Assembly (NCBI GenBank): GCA_964016885.1
Contig: OZ024742.1
Location: 358,236,001-358,300,000, forward strand
DNA length: 64,000 nt
Reading direction: 5' to 3'
Source of the DNA: Eledone cirrhosa
Lineage: Eukaryota
Shown here one piece after another: positions 62,651 to 64,000 of the stretch. The notes beneath the pieces are model-generated. The model was not told the origin of the DNA. It did no database searches and saw only the letters and a list, made by a program, of their open reading frames with translations. Within the stretch, counting starts at the first letter, position 1; each line of letters begins with the position of its first letter. The position numbers were made by a program, and so were the translations under genes.

Positions 62651-64000
62651 ATATAACTTTTACATTTGAATTATATTTATATATATAGTATATTGAGGGA
62701 GAGAGATATTTCCATAAGTATTATCTTGTATTATTGAACAGAGATCTGTAGACTCATCCCAACCATGCTGCCCACCCCCATATTATTCATTTCATAGAAT
62801 GATCATGTAAATATCAATATGTATCTCTACCTCATATAGACAATCTGAAATGTCTGTTGGTGGTGTTTATATATCTAATTATCTTTACTTTTGTATGTGT
62901 GGACATCTAATTATATTTCTCATTAAGAAGTGTCATATAATCCCATTTTCATAACTCATTCAACAGAAGCCATTTTGACTTTGTAAAGTCTACCTTTGTC
63001 ACGTTAGAATTAATAATTCTCACTGATCCATTATTGAGTCAACTCTCTTTTCAATACTTATCTCATATGGCATTATATCTATGATCTAATTGTGATAAAC
63101 TGATAGAAAATGAATGTATACACCATACTGTAATAGAAAGAGGCCATAGTAAGCATATGTAAAGCAGAAGATAAGCTAAATAGTTTAGCCAGTAGTTCTG
63201 GAAGCTCAAAGATAGTATCTAGTATAACATGAAAATACTTTACTTTCAATTTGGTTTTATTGTGTGAAAATATGATTAGATATAATCAGATTTGTATTTA
63301 TTGTCTTGTTGATTAAATCTCAGAAATATCATATAAATCACATACTTTTGAAATGTCTAACAGAAAATGATTTCTTCTGATATTATATAGGTTTCTTATT
63401 TTTCAAAGTAAGATCATGTGATAATTACAAAATATATATTTTGCTTTACTTCAACGGAGCAAAATAAACTATTTCTCTTTCTTTATATTTTGGTGTATCT
63501 TCAGAACTGTCAAATATTTGTGGTTGTTTTTCATATTGTAGGTTTCTTGTTGTTTAGCCACAACTCCAACCTAATCATCAAAGACATTCCAGCCATGACT
63601 ATCCAATCTCCCAATGCTTTCTATATTTAGAAATATATTATTCAATGTGTCCTTCTTTTATAAGATGTAAGGAGAATAATATAATATAATATAAAGAAAA
63701 TATATACCAAAGAATTAAAATTAATGCTTGATTTATATGTGACGTAATGTGTGCTTAATATGCTGGTTATATTTTCACTTTTATATGTGTATGTAGATCT
63801 GTGTATGCAAGTGTGTGTGTGTGTTCATCACACACAGATCAGAAGCAGATGAAATGGTTATTTCTCTATCTCGAAAGTAAAAACAAACATCTCTGTTTCC
63901 AGGAATAACTTTAAAATTGTTCTCTTCTACTCAACCTCTTATTCAATGTCAAATGAAGACAACATAGGTTACTGGGGGAATCTTTAGTTTCATGAGATGT

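Overview
AT-rich metazoan genomic DNA with no complete host gene. The SINE and RTE tail families look like those of octopus or another coleoid cephalopod; this is an inference from remembered repeat motifs. Bases 1-33,660 are one uninterrupted 63-bp satellite (about 534 monomers, running off the left edge) with local higher-order repeats and positional variant domains. It ends abruptly about 380 bp upstream of a well-formed 72-bp + strand internal exon, so the array is probably intronic. The rest is repeat-rich. It contains tRNA-derived SINEs, a piggyBac-type MITE, a non-autonomous Helitron and three minisatellites. From 44 to 62.6 kb, degenerate non-LTR retroelements are packed into (TA)n/(GATA)n microsatellites: three long RTE copies with a PHD-like finger inside the RT, two Tx1/L1-clade copies, a CR1 relic, and Penelope-like (Naiad-type) elements with fold-back hairpins and two minimal hammerhead ribozymes. 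All long ORFs in the track are broken retroelement ORFs, their antisense shadows, or translated repeats.
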